From assembly GCA_963669175.1 (NCBI GenBank), contig OY769902.1, positions 3,680,001 through 3,744,000 of the forward strand: a DNA stretch of 64,000 nt, given 5' to 3'. This document shows positions 1-9,869 of the stretch, one piece after another. Under the pieces are notes generated by a model. That model had not been told where the DNA came from. It did not search any database and saw only the letters and a list, made by a program, of their open reading frames with translations. The position numbers and the translations under genes are program-made. This DNA is from a bacterium (lineage in GTDB: Bacteria; Electryoneota; Electryoneia; Electryoneales; Electryoneaceae). Numbering within the stretch: the first letter of the stretch is position 1; each line of letters opens with the position of its first letter.

Positions 1-1
1 T

Positions 2-751
2 GGACTTGAAGAAACAGTGGTTTACGGTGAACGCGGACTTGATTTTGATTACTTGAACCCAGTCAGCGTCTTTTTCAGTGAAGAACATGATACTGGTGAT
101 CAGGACAACGCACTGATGGGAATCGATTTCCTTGCAGGGCCGTTCGGACCTTTCACAGCCTGGGGCGAGCTGGTTCTGGACGACTTTGTATTCAGCAAAC
201 TGGGTTCAGATAACGCCAGTAACAAGATTGGCTGGCTTGGGGGCGGCGCAGTGCAGGGCCCGGGCGGCTGGTTACCTTTGGAAGCGATGGTAGAGTATGC
301 CGGGCTTCGTCCCTTCATGTATTCGCACTTTTACCCGATCAATGTGTATAAACAATGGAACTCATCCCTGGGCTTGTCCCTGCAACCAAATTCGGACCGA
401 TTAAGCGGTAGTATCGCATGGCAGCCATATCAACCGTTACGCTTTGGAATAGAATCCCATTATCTTCGCCACGGCGCCAATACGGCCACGAGCAATGTTG
501 GTGGAGATATTGACATATCCAGAAATATCGATTCAACTGAAGTTGCGCCTTTTCTGGATGGCTTGCGACAGGACAGCTACCGTGCGGTTTGCTGGGCCGA
601 GTACGAAGTGTTTGAACAGTTTCAGATATCTGGTATGATGGGCTACGATGGATTTGTCGATGATTGGCGTGATGGTGGCATTGTCGCGTCTCTGGGCGTA
701 TCGTGGTTCCGTCCGGTTGATAGACCCTATACCCTTGTTGGGAGACAATAG
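2..751 (+). CDS. Capsule assembly Wzi-like outer-membrane protein, 5'-truncated by the window edge
   Basis: Frame is open from base 2. Contains ETVVY..DYLNP, DQDNALMGID, 'GELVLDD' and 'YSH...LG..LQPNSD' motifs typical of Wzi-like proteins. Lies upstream of polysaccharide genes. Confidence 0.65.
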   Translation, partial: GLEETVVYGERGLDFDYLNPVSVFFSEEHDTGDQDNALMGIDFLAGPFGPFTAWGELVLDDFVFSKLGSDNASNKIGWLGGGAVQGPGGWLPLEAMVEYAGLRPFMYSHFYPINVYKQWNSSLGLSLQPNSDRLSGSIAWQPYQPLRFGIESHYLRHGANTATSNVGGDIDISRNIDSTEVAPFLDGLRQDSYRAVCWAEYEVFEQFQISGMMGYDGFVDDWRDGGIVASLGVSWFRPVDRPYTLVGRQ

Positions 752-761
752 AGAGGCGACG

Positions 762-1967
762 ATGTTAGAACAGCGGGACCAGTTAGCTTCATCCAATCTC
801 TGGGATCATCTTGCGCTCATCCTGAAATGGAAGAAGCTTTTCGCCATGATCATGCTGATTACAGCCGTTATCGCAGTTATTGTAGCTTACACTCTCAAGG
901 AGTGGTACTACAGTGATGCCCAGATAATGCCGCCTCCTCAGCAGATGCTTAGCCTTATGGGCGGCCTACTCCCTTCCCTTGATATGGGTTTGCTTGGGCA
1001 GATGGGTGGCATGACCAGCGAGACACGTTTAATCGCTGCCATCCTTGAGAGTCGAAGACTACAGGACATGGTCATTGATGAGTTTGGCTGGATGGAGAAA
1101 TTCCATTTCAAGTATCGTGAAGGCGCGTACAAGCATTTCCTGAAAAATGTAATATGGGAATCAACGGAAGCGGGTACCATCTATCTTCGTGTCAATGATA
1201 CAGATCGCAAACGTGTAGCTGAAATTGTCAATTTTATTCTTCATCACCTGACCATCGAATACACTTCAATTACAGCGGCTCAGGCCGGTAGCCAGCGTCA
1301 GTTCATTTCCGCCAGGGTTGATTCTATCGAAGCAAACTTGCGTCGCACTGAACAGCGTTTCCTTGAATTCCAGCAGGAAACAGGTATCATTGCCGGTGAA
1401 GAGCAAATGGCGGCCACAGTTCGAGCGCTTTCAAACATACAGTCCGAATTGATCCTTGCTGAAGTACAGGCTGAGGTACTTGAGAAAACAATGCCTGCCA
1501 GCTCTTCCATGGTTATTCAAGCTAGAGCCCAGGCTGAAGCGCTTCGCAAACATCTTGAAGACATGAAGCACACTGCGGATGACAAAGATCGTTCAATCAT
1601 TATTGGTTTAGATGAAGCGCCAGAAGCCGGCGTTGCATATCTGCGCCTGTTACGAGAACTGGAAATCCAGCAGAAGGTGCTGGAAGTCATCATGCCGCTT
1701 TACGAACAATCCAAGATATTTGAGAATGAGGATGCAGGGATGTTGTACATCCTGGATCGTGGCGAGGTCCCGGAGAAAAAATACAAACCCAAGCGCGCTT
1801 TCCTGATCCTGGCAATTCTTGTGCTTGGTTTTATTCTTACATACCTGTATGTACTGTTCATCGAATGGTATAACAGGTTGCAACAGGTTGATCAGGAACA
1901 ATACGCCATAGTACGGAAGGTCCTGGTTGGGCTGAAGCCGAAGAATTTGCTTTCTTTCAAGGAGTAA
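762..1967 (+). CDS. Polysaccharide chain-length determinant / co-polymerase (Wzz/GNVR domain)
   Basis: N-terminal TM helix, coiled-coil periplasmic region, 'ILDRGEVPEKKYKPKR' before a second TM helix. ATG at 762 follows GAGAGG. Confidence 0.85.
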   Translation: MLEQRDQLASSNLWDHLALILKWKKLFAMIMLITAVIAVIVAYTLKEWYYSDAQIMPPPQQMLSLMGGLLPSLDMGLLGQMGGMTSETRLIAAILESRRLQDMVIDEFGWMEKFHFKYREGAYKHFLKNVIWESTEAGTIYLRVNDTDRKRVAEIVNFILHHLTIEYTSITAAQAGSQRQFISARVDSIEANLRRTEQRFLEFQQETGIIAGEEQMAATVRALSNIQSELILAEVQAEVLEKTMPASSSMVIQARAQAEALRKHLEDMKHTADDKDRSIIIGLDEAPEAGVAYLRLLRELEIQQKVLEVIMPLYEQSKIFENEDAGMLYILDRGEVPEKKYKPKRAFLILAILVLGFILTYLYVLFIEWYNRLQQVDQEQYAIVRKVLVGLKPKNLLSFKE

Positions 1968-1976
1968 GGCGGATTT

Positions 1977-3446
1977 GTGGAAATGAAGTCAGGCTCCTAC
2001 ATCAGCCGTATTGGTGGCCAACAGCATACGGGAGTTCTTCCTCTATACACGATTGCTACGATTGTTTTTTTGATCTTCGTTGCAATCATCAGGGGAAAAA
2101 CATATGCGTTGCTCGGATCTGCCATGGTTGTTGCCACTGTGGGGTTTGTCTGGCGACCATGGGTTTTCCCGGCTCTCTATCTTGCCTATATATGCCTGTT
2201 TCCTTCCAGGCATGGTGGCGATGAGCAAAATTTTTATCCGGTTCATTATATTGCTCAGACCTCCCTGATATTCCTGACTGGAATGGCAGTTGTACTTCAG
2301 GCCAACCGTGGTGTTGAATTCCTGCGTGAGCGCGGAAAAGACCTCTATCGACAAACCAGGAATTTTGCAGATCCCGCCGGTTTTTTCATGACTCTGCTTG
2401 TCGGTTGGTTCATGATAATGATTCTGTACGGTTTGAGTGTTGGCAATGATCCGAAGATGATATTGTTTGAAGTATCTCATGTCTTTGTTGTGTTTGGGTA
2501 CTTTGTATGGCGAGCATTATTCAGGCGGTATGGAAGTATTGAAAATTGGTTTTTCTATTTCATCTCCATTTCCTTTATTACCGGCTTGATCTTCCTGTTC
2601 TATATTGCTTCGAACTGGCAGGGGATTATCAGTTTTGTTGTGTATCGTATCCTGTCCAGGCAGGGCAATATCATTCTTGTCGCTATTCCTGTGATTATGA
2701 GTTTCCTCCTGATCTCCAAGTCTTGGAAAGCGCGGGTTATGTGGGGCTTTGCCCTGTTCCTGTCCTTCATTCAAATGTTCATGGCGCAAGCCAGATCATT
2801 GTGGCTTGCGGTATTCCTGTTAAGTTCTATTTACTTCAGCCTATATTCTTTTCGAAATGGTTTCACTTGGAAAGGATGGCGCACGTTCCTCAGCGGCCTG
2901 CTACTGGTTCTTTTACTCTTGACCATTCTCCTTCTGGCTGTGATGAATATTTTCGACGCTGATATGTCAATTCTGTTCAGACGCTGGGAAGATTTCGGCA
3001 CACTGAATGACAATTCTACGATGATGCGTGTTTTTGATGTTCGTCATACGTATGCCCTGGTTAAACAATCGCCGATTTTTGGGTACGGTATGGGCGCTGA
3101 GATGTATTCTGTTCCCAATGCAGGGTATTCTCTCTACATCGACAATAGCTTTATGCACGCCCTTTATAAGGGCGGGTTCCCTTACCTGATCATCTTGATG
3201 GGTGTCTATTTATCCGGACTGTATCGTTCATTTCAGATTTATCGCCAGATGGATGATCCGGAACTCAGTATTTTCGGAACGGCATTCATATCAACCCTGT
3301 TAACGCTGCTTTTCATTGGTAATGTGCATACGGGGTTGACAGTGTACCGTTTTGGATTTCTTTGGATGATGGTTATCGCCGCTGCACAGGTGATGTACGA
3401 GAACTGGCGGCTTCATAAAGAAGGAAAGCTAACAGAAGATGTCTAA
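1977..3446 (+). CDS. O-antigen ligase / Wzy polymerase family membrane protein
   Basis: About 12 hydrophobic segments, 'QARSLW' and 'SPIFGYGMG...IDNSF..ALYKGG' Wzy_C-like motifs. Confidence 0.8.
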   Translation: MEMKSGSYISRIGGQQHTGVLPLYTIATIVFLIFVAIIRGKTYALLGSAMVVATVGFVWRPWVFPALYLAYICLFPSRHGGDEQNFYPVHYIAQTSLIFLTGMAVVLQANRGVEFLRERGKDLYRQTRNFADPAGFFMTLLVGWFMIMILYGLSVGNDPKMILFEVSHVFVVFGYFVWRALFRRYGSIENWFFYFISISFITGLIFLFYIASNWQGIISFVVYRILSRQGNIILVAIPVIMSFLLISKSWKARVMWGFALFLSFIQMFMAQARSLWLAVFLLSSIYFSLYSFRNGFTWKGWRTFLSGLLLVLLLLTILLLAVMNIFDADMSILFRRWEDFGTLNDNSTMMRVFDVRHTYALVKQSPIFGYGMGAEMYSVPNAGYSLYIDNSFMHALYKGGFPYLIILMGVYLSGLYRSFQIYRQMDDPELSIFGTAFISTLLTLLFIGNVHTGLTVYRFGFLWMMVIAAAQVMYENWRLHKEGKLTEDV

Positions 3447-4617
3447 GAGAGCTGGAAACATCCTGATGCTCACATCACGGCATCCGGCATACGATGGACG
3501 GATCTTCCACTTGGAAGCTGCTGCCTTGCGTGATGCCGGATACAACGTGACAATTGTTGCTCCCCGACAAAAGGATGAGCCAGTAGAGACTGTTACTGAC
3601 GGAATTCGAGTCGTTGTTTATGATAAACCCGCATCCGGAATAAAACGTAAACTGGCCAGTTTCACTGAGCTCTATAAAGCGGCGATGCGCTTTGAGGCTG
3701 ATGTAATCCATGTGCATGAAGTGGATGCGCCGCTGATGGCTGCCGCAATTGCCAAGCGAAAGCTTGCGAAAAATGGACGAAAAGCAAAACTGGTCTTCGA
3801 TTCGCACGAAGTCTGGCCATTCTTTTACGCTGTAAAGAGCAGGCGAAGCATCCTGCAGCATCTGTTCAAGCATGCAACGATTTTCGCTGAAGATATCCTT
3901 CTGTCAACAGCGGTGGATGGGGTTATCGCCGCACATGTTCTGGAAGAGCATTATTACCTGTTCCTGAATCCCTGGTTACCGGTAAAACAGGTGTATAACA
4001 GCCCGCCCATATCAAGCTGGCCTGTACCGCGTGAACGCAAGGGGCCGATAAAAATTATAGGTCATGACGGCTATTTCACCAAACACCGCGGCATGGAAGC
4101 CATGCTTGGCGCGTTCGAGCAGATAGCGCCGGATTTCACGGAAGTAAAACTCCTGGCCGCCGGGGCTTTTATGACAGATGACGATGAGCAATACTATAAG
4201 GAATGGGAAGCGCGAACAGGACTGGGCGACCGCGTTGAAGTAGCTGGTTGGGTTGACCGGAAAGACATTATCTCCTATCTGGACCGGATGGATATCGGCA
4301 TTGTAGCGAACAGGCCGGACATTCACAGTGTACGTTGCTGGCCGGCGAACAAAATGATGTTTTACCTGGGCAGGGGACTTCCTGTATTATCAACCCCTTC
4401 CCCATTGTACAAACGCTATATTCAGAAAGTTGGCTGTGGTGTCAGCGCTCGAGGATTCAGCGCTTCGGCCATGGCAAAAGCCATGCGCTGGATGTTGACG
4501 CATCCGGAAGAAACCCGCAAAATGGGAAAACGGGGTTACACTAACGCCGTTCACGATTTTGACGACAAACAGGCAGTGCGAAACCTGCTGGACTTTTACA
4601 GGGAAATTGGACTTTAG
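3439..4617 (+). CDS. Glycosyltransferase family 4
   Basis: 'HPAYDGRIF', 'DVIHVHE', 'VFDSHE' and 'ANKMMFYLGRGLPV' GT-B motifs. Confidence 0.85.
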   Translation: MSKRAGNILMLTSRHPAYDGRIFHLEAAALRDAGYNVTIVAPRQKDEPVETVTDGIRVVVYDKPASGIKRKLASFTELYKAAMRFEADVIHVHEVDAPLMAAAIAKRKLAKNGRKAKLVFDSHEVWPFFYAVKSRRSILQHLFKHATIFAEDILLSTAVDGVIAAHVLEEHYYLFLNPWLPVKQVYNSPPISSWPVPRERKGPIKIIGHDGYFTKHRGMEAMLGAFEQIAPDFTEVKLLAAGAFMTDDDEQYYKEWEARTGLGDRVEVAGWVDRKDIISYLDRMDIGIVANRPDIHSVRCWPANKMMFYLGRGLPVLSTPSPLYKRYIQKVGCGVSARGFSASAMAKAMRWMLTHPEETRKMGKRGYTNAVHDFDDKQAVRNLLDFYREIGL

Positions 4618-4618
4618 T

Positions 4619-5773
4619 ATGGGTAGCCGTGTTCTGATGCTGGGATCGCTATTCCTCGTGGTTTACCACCATTTTCTCTACCCCATCCTGCTGTGGGTAT
4701 TGGGAAGATCACGCCCTGATCAGAAATTTGAACAACTGCCTGAAGAGAATCTTCCTACTGTCGCTCTGCTGATTCCGGCACGAAATGAAGAAGCCTCAAT
4801 CGCTGAGAAATTGGATAATTCACTGGCGCTGGACTATCCAAAAGAAAAGCTGACCATTTTTGTGCTGGCGAATGGTTGCACTGATCGAACAGCCGATATT
4901 GTCAAACAGTACGCTGAAAAGGGTGTACAGCTCTTTGAGTTTGGTGAGATCGGCAAAGAGATGGCGCAGAATGAAGCGGTCAGGCAGGTAAGCGCCAATA
5001 TCCTGGTTTTTTCTGATGCCAATACGCCCTATCGGCCGGAGTCATTGCGACGCCTGGTTGAGCCATTTGCCGATCCAACAATCGGAAGTGTTGGCGGCCG
5101 AAAGGTTGTCAAGAATGACAACGAGACGATTGGCAGCCTTGAGAAAACATATTGGAAAAGTGTTGAGGATGTTCTGCGTAAGCTTGAGACCCGTCTTGGT
5201 GGCGTAGCCGGTGCAGATGGTCTGATCTATGCCGTTCGTCGTGAACACTATGTCGATATTCCAGCCGGTGTCACCAGCGATCTATACCTCCCGCTACTCG
5301 TAGCCGCGAAAGGCTTCAGAACAGTATTTCAGCCCGACGCTATTGCCGAGGAACAGGCGAACAAGGATTTCAAAGCTGAATTTCAACGCAGGATTCGCAT
5401 TACCCGGCATTGCATTTCCGGCATCAGGACGTATCCCTGGCTGCTGTTTCCCTGGAAAACTGGCAGGTTAAGTTTCGTCCTTTGGTCTCACAAAATGATC
5501 CGCTGGTTTGAGCCTTTCCTGCTCGGCCTTGCGTTATTAGCTGCAATGTGGCGCATGATCACAGGAAAAGCCCGCAATTTTGAAGTAATTGTTTTTGGCG
5601 GCGCTACGCTTGCCGGATTCCTGGGTTTACTGGGCCGTGGCATGGGACGCGAGAAACCGGTCAAAATTATTACCCAGGTCTATTACCTGCTTTCAACCTT
5701 TTATGCTGTTGCGACCGGTGTTGTTTTTGCTTTTACCAAGGGCAGGTTGGGCGTGTGGAGCCACGAACGGTGA
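4619..5773 (+). CDS. Glycosyltransferase family 2 (processive-type)
   Basis: 'IPARNEE', 'LDYPKEKL', 'FSDAN' (DxD-like), 'EFQRRIRI'. ATG lies right after the upstream stop. Confidence 0.88.
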   Translation: MGSRVLMLGSLFLVVYHHFLYPILLWVLGRSRPDQKFEQLPEENLPTVALLIPARNEEASIAEKLDNSLALDYPKEKLTIFVLANGCTDRTADIVKQYAEKGVQLFEFGEIGKEMAQNEAVRQVSANILVFSDANTPYRPESLRRLVEPFADPTIGSVGGRKVVKNDNETIGSLEKTYWKSVEDVLRKLETRLGGVAGADGLIYAVRREHYVDIPAGVTSDLYLPLLVAAKGFRTVFQPDAIAEEQANKDFKAEFQRRIRITRHCISGIRTYPWLLFPWKTGRLSFVLWSHKMIRWFEPFLLGLALLAAMWRMITGKARNFEVIVFGGATLAGFLGLLGRGMGREKPVKIITQVYYLLSTFYAVATGVVFAFTKGRLGVWSHER

Positions 5774-7191
5774 GATGGCTCATTCGACATCGGACCCTGC
5801 CCCGGCTGATCATGGATACTACAGGCTTTTTCCTGGCCTTTGTGGTGTTCTATGTCTTCCGTTTCCAGGCTCATCTTGTCAGTAATCCAATAGATATCTC
5901 CCAGCAGGCAAATTTCGGGGCTGTTTTTTTCATCATGGGGCTGACCCTGTCAGGCTACTGGCTGTTCATTTATGCCCTTAACGGGATGTACAAGCATAAT
6001 ATCAGCGTCTCAAGGTATGAAGCTGTAGCAGACACATTAAGCGCTGCTGCAAAGGGCACTATCATACTGATTATCCTGGTCACCATTTTCATGCCGCTTC
6101 AACCAACTCGATTCCTGATCTTTATTTATGGTGGAATGGTATTCGCTTTTACGGCTTTGTTTCGAATCCTGTTTCGCACATTCATACTACGTATGTTCCG
6201 TAAACGGGTCGGGCTGTATAACGCAGTCCTGGTAGGTTTTGGCAAGCGCGGACAGCAGTTGTACGAAGTGCTTACCACATCTCCCGGCTTTGGCTACACG
6301 ATATCAACAATTGCCATCCTGCGAAAACAGGATCACTCCAATGTCCCGGAAGGTGTAAACTGTATCTATATTGACGAGTTGGAAAAGGTTCTGAATCCGG
6401 ATTGTGAAAATCCGGCCGAGTATGTTCTGCTTACACTGGAACCAACCCAACGGAAAGTACTTCTGGATATTATCAGTAAAGTATCCAATTATCCAGCCAA
6501 GATGCTGATCACACCGGATTTCTACCAGATGCTTGTCGGGTTGGCCCGGAGCCAGCAGGTTTACGGTATCCCGATGATGGAAGTCTTCCCGGAGCTAATG
6601 ACCCCGTTCCAGAAAATCGTAAAGCGAGGAATGGACATTGCAGCAGGCCTGACCATTCTCGTACTCGGACTTCCGGTGTTGATTCTCGTAGGGTTAGGAG
6701 TTAAACTCACCTCGCGCGGTCCCATGTTATACACGCAAAAACGGGTCGGTTTACATGGCAAAGAATTTACCATGTACAAGTTCCGGTCCATGCGTGAAGA
6801 TGCAGAGAAACTAACCGGACCTGTTTTCGCGCAGGAAAATGACCCGAGAATTACCCCGATCGGACGTATTCTTCGGAAAACCAGGCTGGACGAAACTCCT
6901 CAAGCCTGGAACGTGCTCATTGGAGATATGAGTCTTGTCGGGCCGAGACCGGAACGAAAGGTATTTGTGAATGAATTAAGCAAATCCGTACCGTTCTATA
7001 GTCGTATACTTAACACAAAACCTGGCTTGACCAGCCTGGGACAGGTAAATTTCGGTTATGCACATGGTGTTGATGAAGTGCGTGAGCGTGTTCAATATGA
7101 GTTATTTTATCTTCAAAACATGTCCATCGGATTGGATATCAGAATTATCCTGCATACGATATGGGTTGTGTTGAAGATGGAAGGCAAGTAG
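5755..7191 (+). CDS. Priming polyprenyl-phosphate sugar phosphotransferase (WcaJ/WbaP-like)
   Basis: 'KRGMDI', 'FTMYKFRSM', 'DPRITPIGRILRKTRLDE', 'GDMSLVGPRPE', 'KPGLT'. Confidence 0.93.
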   Translation: MEPRTVRWLIRHRTLPRLIMDTTGFFLAFVVFYVFRFQAHLVSNPIDISQQANFGAVFFIMGLTLSGYWLFIYALNGMYKHNISVSRYEAVADTLSAAAKGTIILIILVTIFMPLQPTRFLIFIYGGMVFAFTALFRILFRTFILRMFRKRVGLYNAVLVGFGKRGQQLYEVLTTSPGFGYTISTIAILRKQDHSNVPEGVNCIYIDELEKVLNPDCENPAEYVLLTLEPTQRKVLLDIISKVSNYPAKMLITPDFYQMLVGLARSQQVYGIPMMEVFPELMTPFQKIVKRGMDIAAGLTILVLGLPVLILVGLGVKLTSRGPMLYTQKRVGLHGKEFTMYKFRSMREDAEKLTGPVFAQENDPRITPIGRILRKTRLDETPQAWNVLIGDMSLVGPRPERKVFVNELSKSVPFYSRILNTKPGLTSLGQVNFGYAHGVDEVRERVQYELFYLQNMSIGLDIRIILHTIWVVLKMEGK

Positions 7192-7242
7192 AAAAGGTTA
7201 TACCCGGCAGGAACCGTCGGAAAAAAGGAAACAGGTTACAAG

Positions 7243-8526
7243 ATGCATGACATACGCAGGTTACGTGAACAGGCTGACCTTGTAAAAGCCAATATCAAGC
7301 GCAAGGGATTCGATGCGGATACGGATGCCGCGCTTGCGTTGGATAAAGAATGGCGTGAACTGACCACAAAAGGCGACCAGCTCAAGGCTGAATTGAATAA
7401 GGCCAGCAAGGCTATCGGCATGGCGAAAAAAGCTGGCCGTGACGCCGCCGAGGAGATGGAAGCCGCACGGCAAGTACGTGATAATATCAGCGCGACAGAT
7501 GAGCGCAAGAAAGTTCTGGAAGAACAGATCCGTATCCTGCTGCAATCCTGGCCGGCAGAACCGGATACGAAAGCGCCCGAAGGATTGACCGCTGAGCAGA
7601 ATATTGTTGCAAGTGAATCCGGTGAAAAACCGAGCTTCGATTTTAATCTGTTAGATCATCTCGAACTGGGCGAGAAGCTTGATATCCTCGATATGCCACG
7701 TGGTTCCAAGATAACGGGATCAGGATTCCCCGTATATAAAGGACACGGTGCAACATTGGAGCGTGCACTGATTCAGTTCATGCTGGATACTCATATCCGT
7801 GAACATGGCTATACTGAGCTGTTCGTTCCTTTCATGGCAAATCGTGATTCCGTCCTCGGTACAGGTCAGCTTCCCAAGTTGGAAGAAGATATGTACTACA
7901 TCAACAAGGATGAATTCTATCTTATTCCGACGGCGGAAGTTCCTATTACAAACATGCACCGTGACGACACCCTTCGTCACGATGAACTCCCGGTAAAATA
8001 CGTGGCTTATTCCCCCTGCTTCCGTCGTGAAGCGGGTACCTATGGCGCAGACACGCGCGGTCTGTTACGCATCCACCAGTTTAACAAAGTGGAACTGGTT
8101 CACATCGTAGATCCGGAGAAGAGCGAAGCGGCACAGCTTGAGATTCTGTCTCATGCCTTGAAAATTCTGGACACGCTTGGAATAACCTGGCGGGTGCTGG
8201 ATCTTTGTGCCGGGGATATGTCGTTTGCCGCAGCGCGTTGTTTTGATATCGAAGTCTGGGCGCCCGGAACCGGACGCTGGCTGGAAGCGAGCAGTGTCAG
8301 TAACTTCCGTGATTTTCAGGCACGCCGGATGAACCTGCGGGTCAAAATACCCACTGAGAAGAAACCTGTATTCCCGCATACGCTGAATGGTTCCGGTCTT
8401 GCCACATCACGTCTGATGGTTGCCCTGATGGAAACCTGGCAGACTCCTGAGAACCGGATTCGTATTCCCAAACCGCTTCAACCCTATATGAACGGTTTGG
8501 ACCAGATACGGGGTAAAGCAGGATGA
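7243..8526 (+). CDS. serS: Serine--tRNA ligase
   Basis: 'YLIPTAEVP', 'CFRREAG', 'GLLRIHQFNKVEL', 'HTLNGSGLA'. Confidence 0.98.
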   Translation: MHDIRRLREQADLVKANIKRKGFDADTDAALALDKEWRELTTKGDQLKAELNKASKAIGMAKKAGRDAAEEMEAARQVRDNISATDERKKVLEEQIRILLQSWPAEPDTKAPEGLTAEQNIVASESGEKPSFDFNLLDHLELGEKLDILDMPRGSKITGSGFPVYKGHGATLERALIQFMLDTHIREHGYTELFVPFMANRDSVLGTGQLPKLEEDMYYINKDEFYLIPTAEVPITNMHRDDTLRHDELPVKYVAYSPCFRREAGTYGADTRGLLRIHQFNKVELVHIVDPEKSEAAQLEILSHALKILDTLGITWRVLDLCAGDMSFAAARCFDIEVWAPGTGRWLEASSVSNFRDFQARRMNLRVKIPTEKKPVFPHTLNGSGLATSRLMVALMETWQTPENRIRIPKPLQPYMNGLDQIRGKAG

Positions 8527-9869
8527 AAATCATCATCGTAGGCGCCGGTGAAGTCGGCAGTCACCTTGCCGGGCTGTTGAGCCGTGAACATCAGGACATC
8601 GTTGTCATTGATCGTGATCCGGCAAAGGTAGCCCGTATTGCGGAGAAGTTGGACGTCCTTACCCTGGAGGGAAATGGGACCAGCCCAACTCTGCTCAAGG
8701 AAGCCGGTATTCAAAGCGCTGACATGATGATCGCCGTGACAGCAGTGGATGAGGTCAACATTCTGGCCTGTACCATCGCCCGTAATTTTGGTGTTCCGAC
8801 AAAAATTGCACGTGTACGTAATAGTGAATTCTCCGGCGAGGCCGGGTTCTTGAATCCCAAGGATCTGGGCATTGATCAGATCATTCACCCGGAACTGGAG
8901 TGTACACGCGAAATTGTACGCCTCATCCGTTATCCCCAGGTTCTCGAACTGTTCACATTCTGTGAAGGCCAGATCGCCATTGCCGGCTTAAAAGTAACGC
9001 CAGAATCACCGTTTATCGGTTACAGCATGATTGACTTGGCGAAACAGATATCTGATTACCGTTTCCGTCTTGTTACTATCACCCGCAACGGTCACACCCT
9101 GATTCCTCGCGGTATGGACCAGTTGGAAGCGAACGACATCGTTTACATTGCTGTTGAAGGGGATCATCTCAACGATATTTTCGGGGTTACCGGCCATCGT
9201 GAATCCGAAACCCGGAATGTCATGGTTGCCGGCGCTGGCCTGATCAGCCGCATGGTTGCCGAAGAACTGGCGACAGATAAAAAGCTCCATGTCAAGCTGA
9301 TCGAGTCAAACCGTCAGCGTGCAGAAGATGTAGCCGGGATGTTGTCATCAGCGATGGTGGTACATGGTGAAGCATCGGACATTGACTTGATCACACAGGA
9401 AGGCATCATTGATCAGGATGTGTTCCTTGCACTTACGATTGATGATGAGAGCAATATCGTAACCTCACTGCTGGCGCGTCATCTTGAAGTTCCAAAAATC
9501 ATTACACTTGTCAGCAAAGCGGACTATATCCCAATTGTAAAAACTATCGGACTCGATATCGCCATCAACATGAACATCCTGACATCCAACGCCATTTTCA
9601 AGTACATCCATCATGGCGGGATTGTCAGCCTGCGTCACCTGGTCGGCATTGATGCTGAGACTATTGAGTTCAAGATTGGCGCAAAATCACGTGTTGTCGG
9701 AAAGCAGATCAGCGATATCAAGTTCCCGCATGGGTGTATCGTTGTAGCCGTGGAACATGAAGACGGCGCAGAAATACCTGTTGGCACGACCAAGATGTTC
9801 GTGGGAGACCGCATTGTAGTTTTCTGTTTGCCGCAGGCCATAAAATCGGTGATTAAGCTTTTTGAGTAG
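8523..9869 (+). CDS. trkA: Trk system potassium uptake protein TrkA
   Basis: 'MKIIIVGAGEVG', two RCK-N/RCK-C repeats, 448 aa, adjacent to trkH. Confidence 0.95.
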   Translation: MKIIIVGAGEVGSHLAGLLSREHQDIVVIDRDPAKVARIAEKLDVLTLEGNGTSPTLLKEAGIQSADMMIAVTAVDEVNILACTIARNFGVPTKIARVRNSEFSGEAGFLNPKDLGIDQIIHPELECTREIVRLIRYPQVLELFTFCEGQIAIAGLKVTPESPFIGYSMIDLAKQISDYRFRLVTITRNGHTLIPRGMDQLEANDIVYIAVEGDHLNDIFGVTGHRESETRNVMVAGAGLISRMVAEELATDKKLHVKLIESNRQRAEDVAGMLSSAMVVHGEASDIDLITQEGIIDQDVFLALTIDDESNIVTSLLARHLEVPKIITLVSKADYIPIVKTIGLDIAINMNILTSNAIFKYIHHGGIVSLRHLVGIDAETIEFKIGAKSRVVGKQISDIKFPHGCIVVAVEHEDGAEIPVGTTKMFVGDRIVVFCLPQAIKSVIKLFE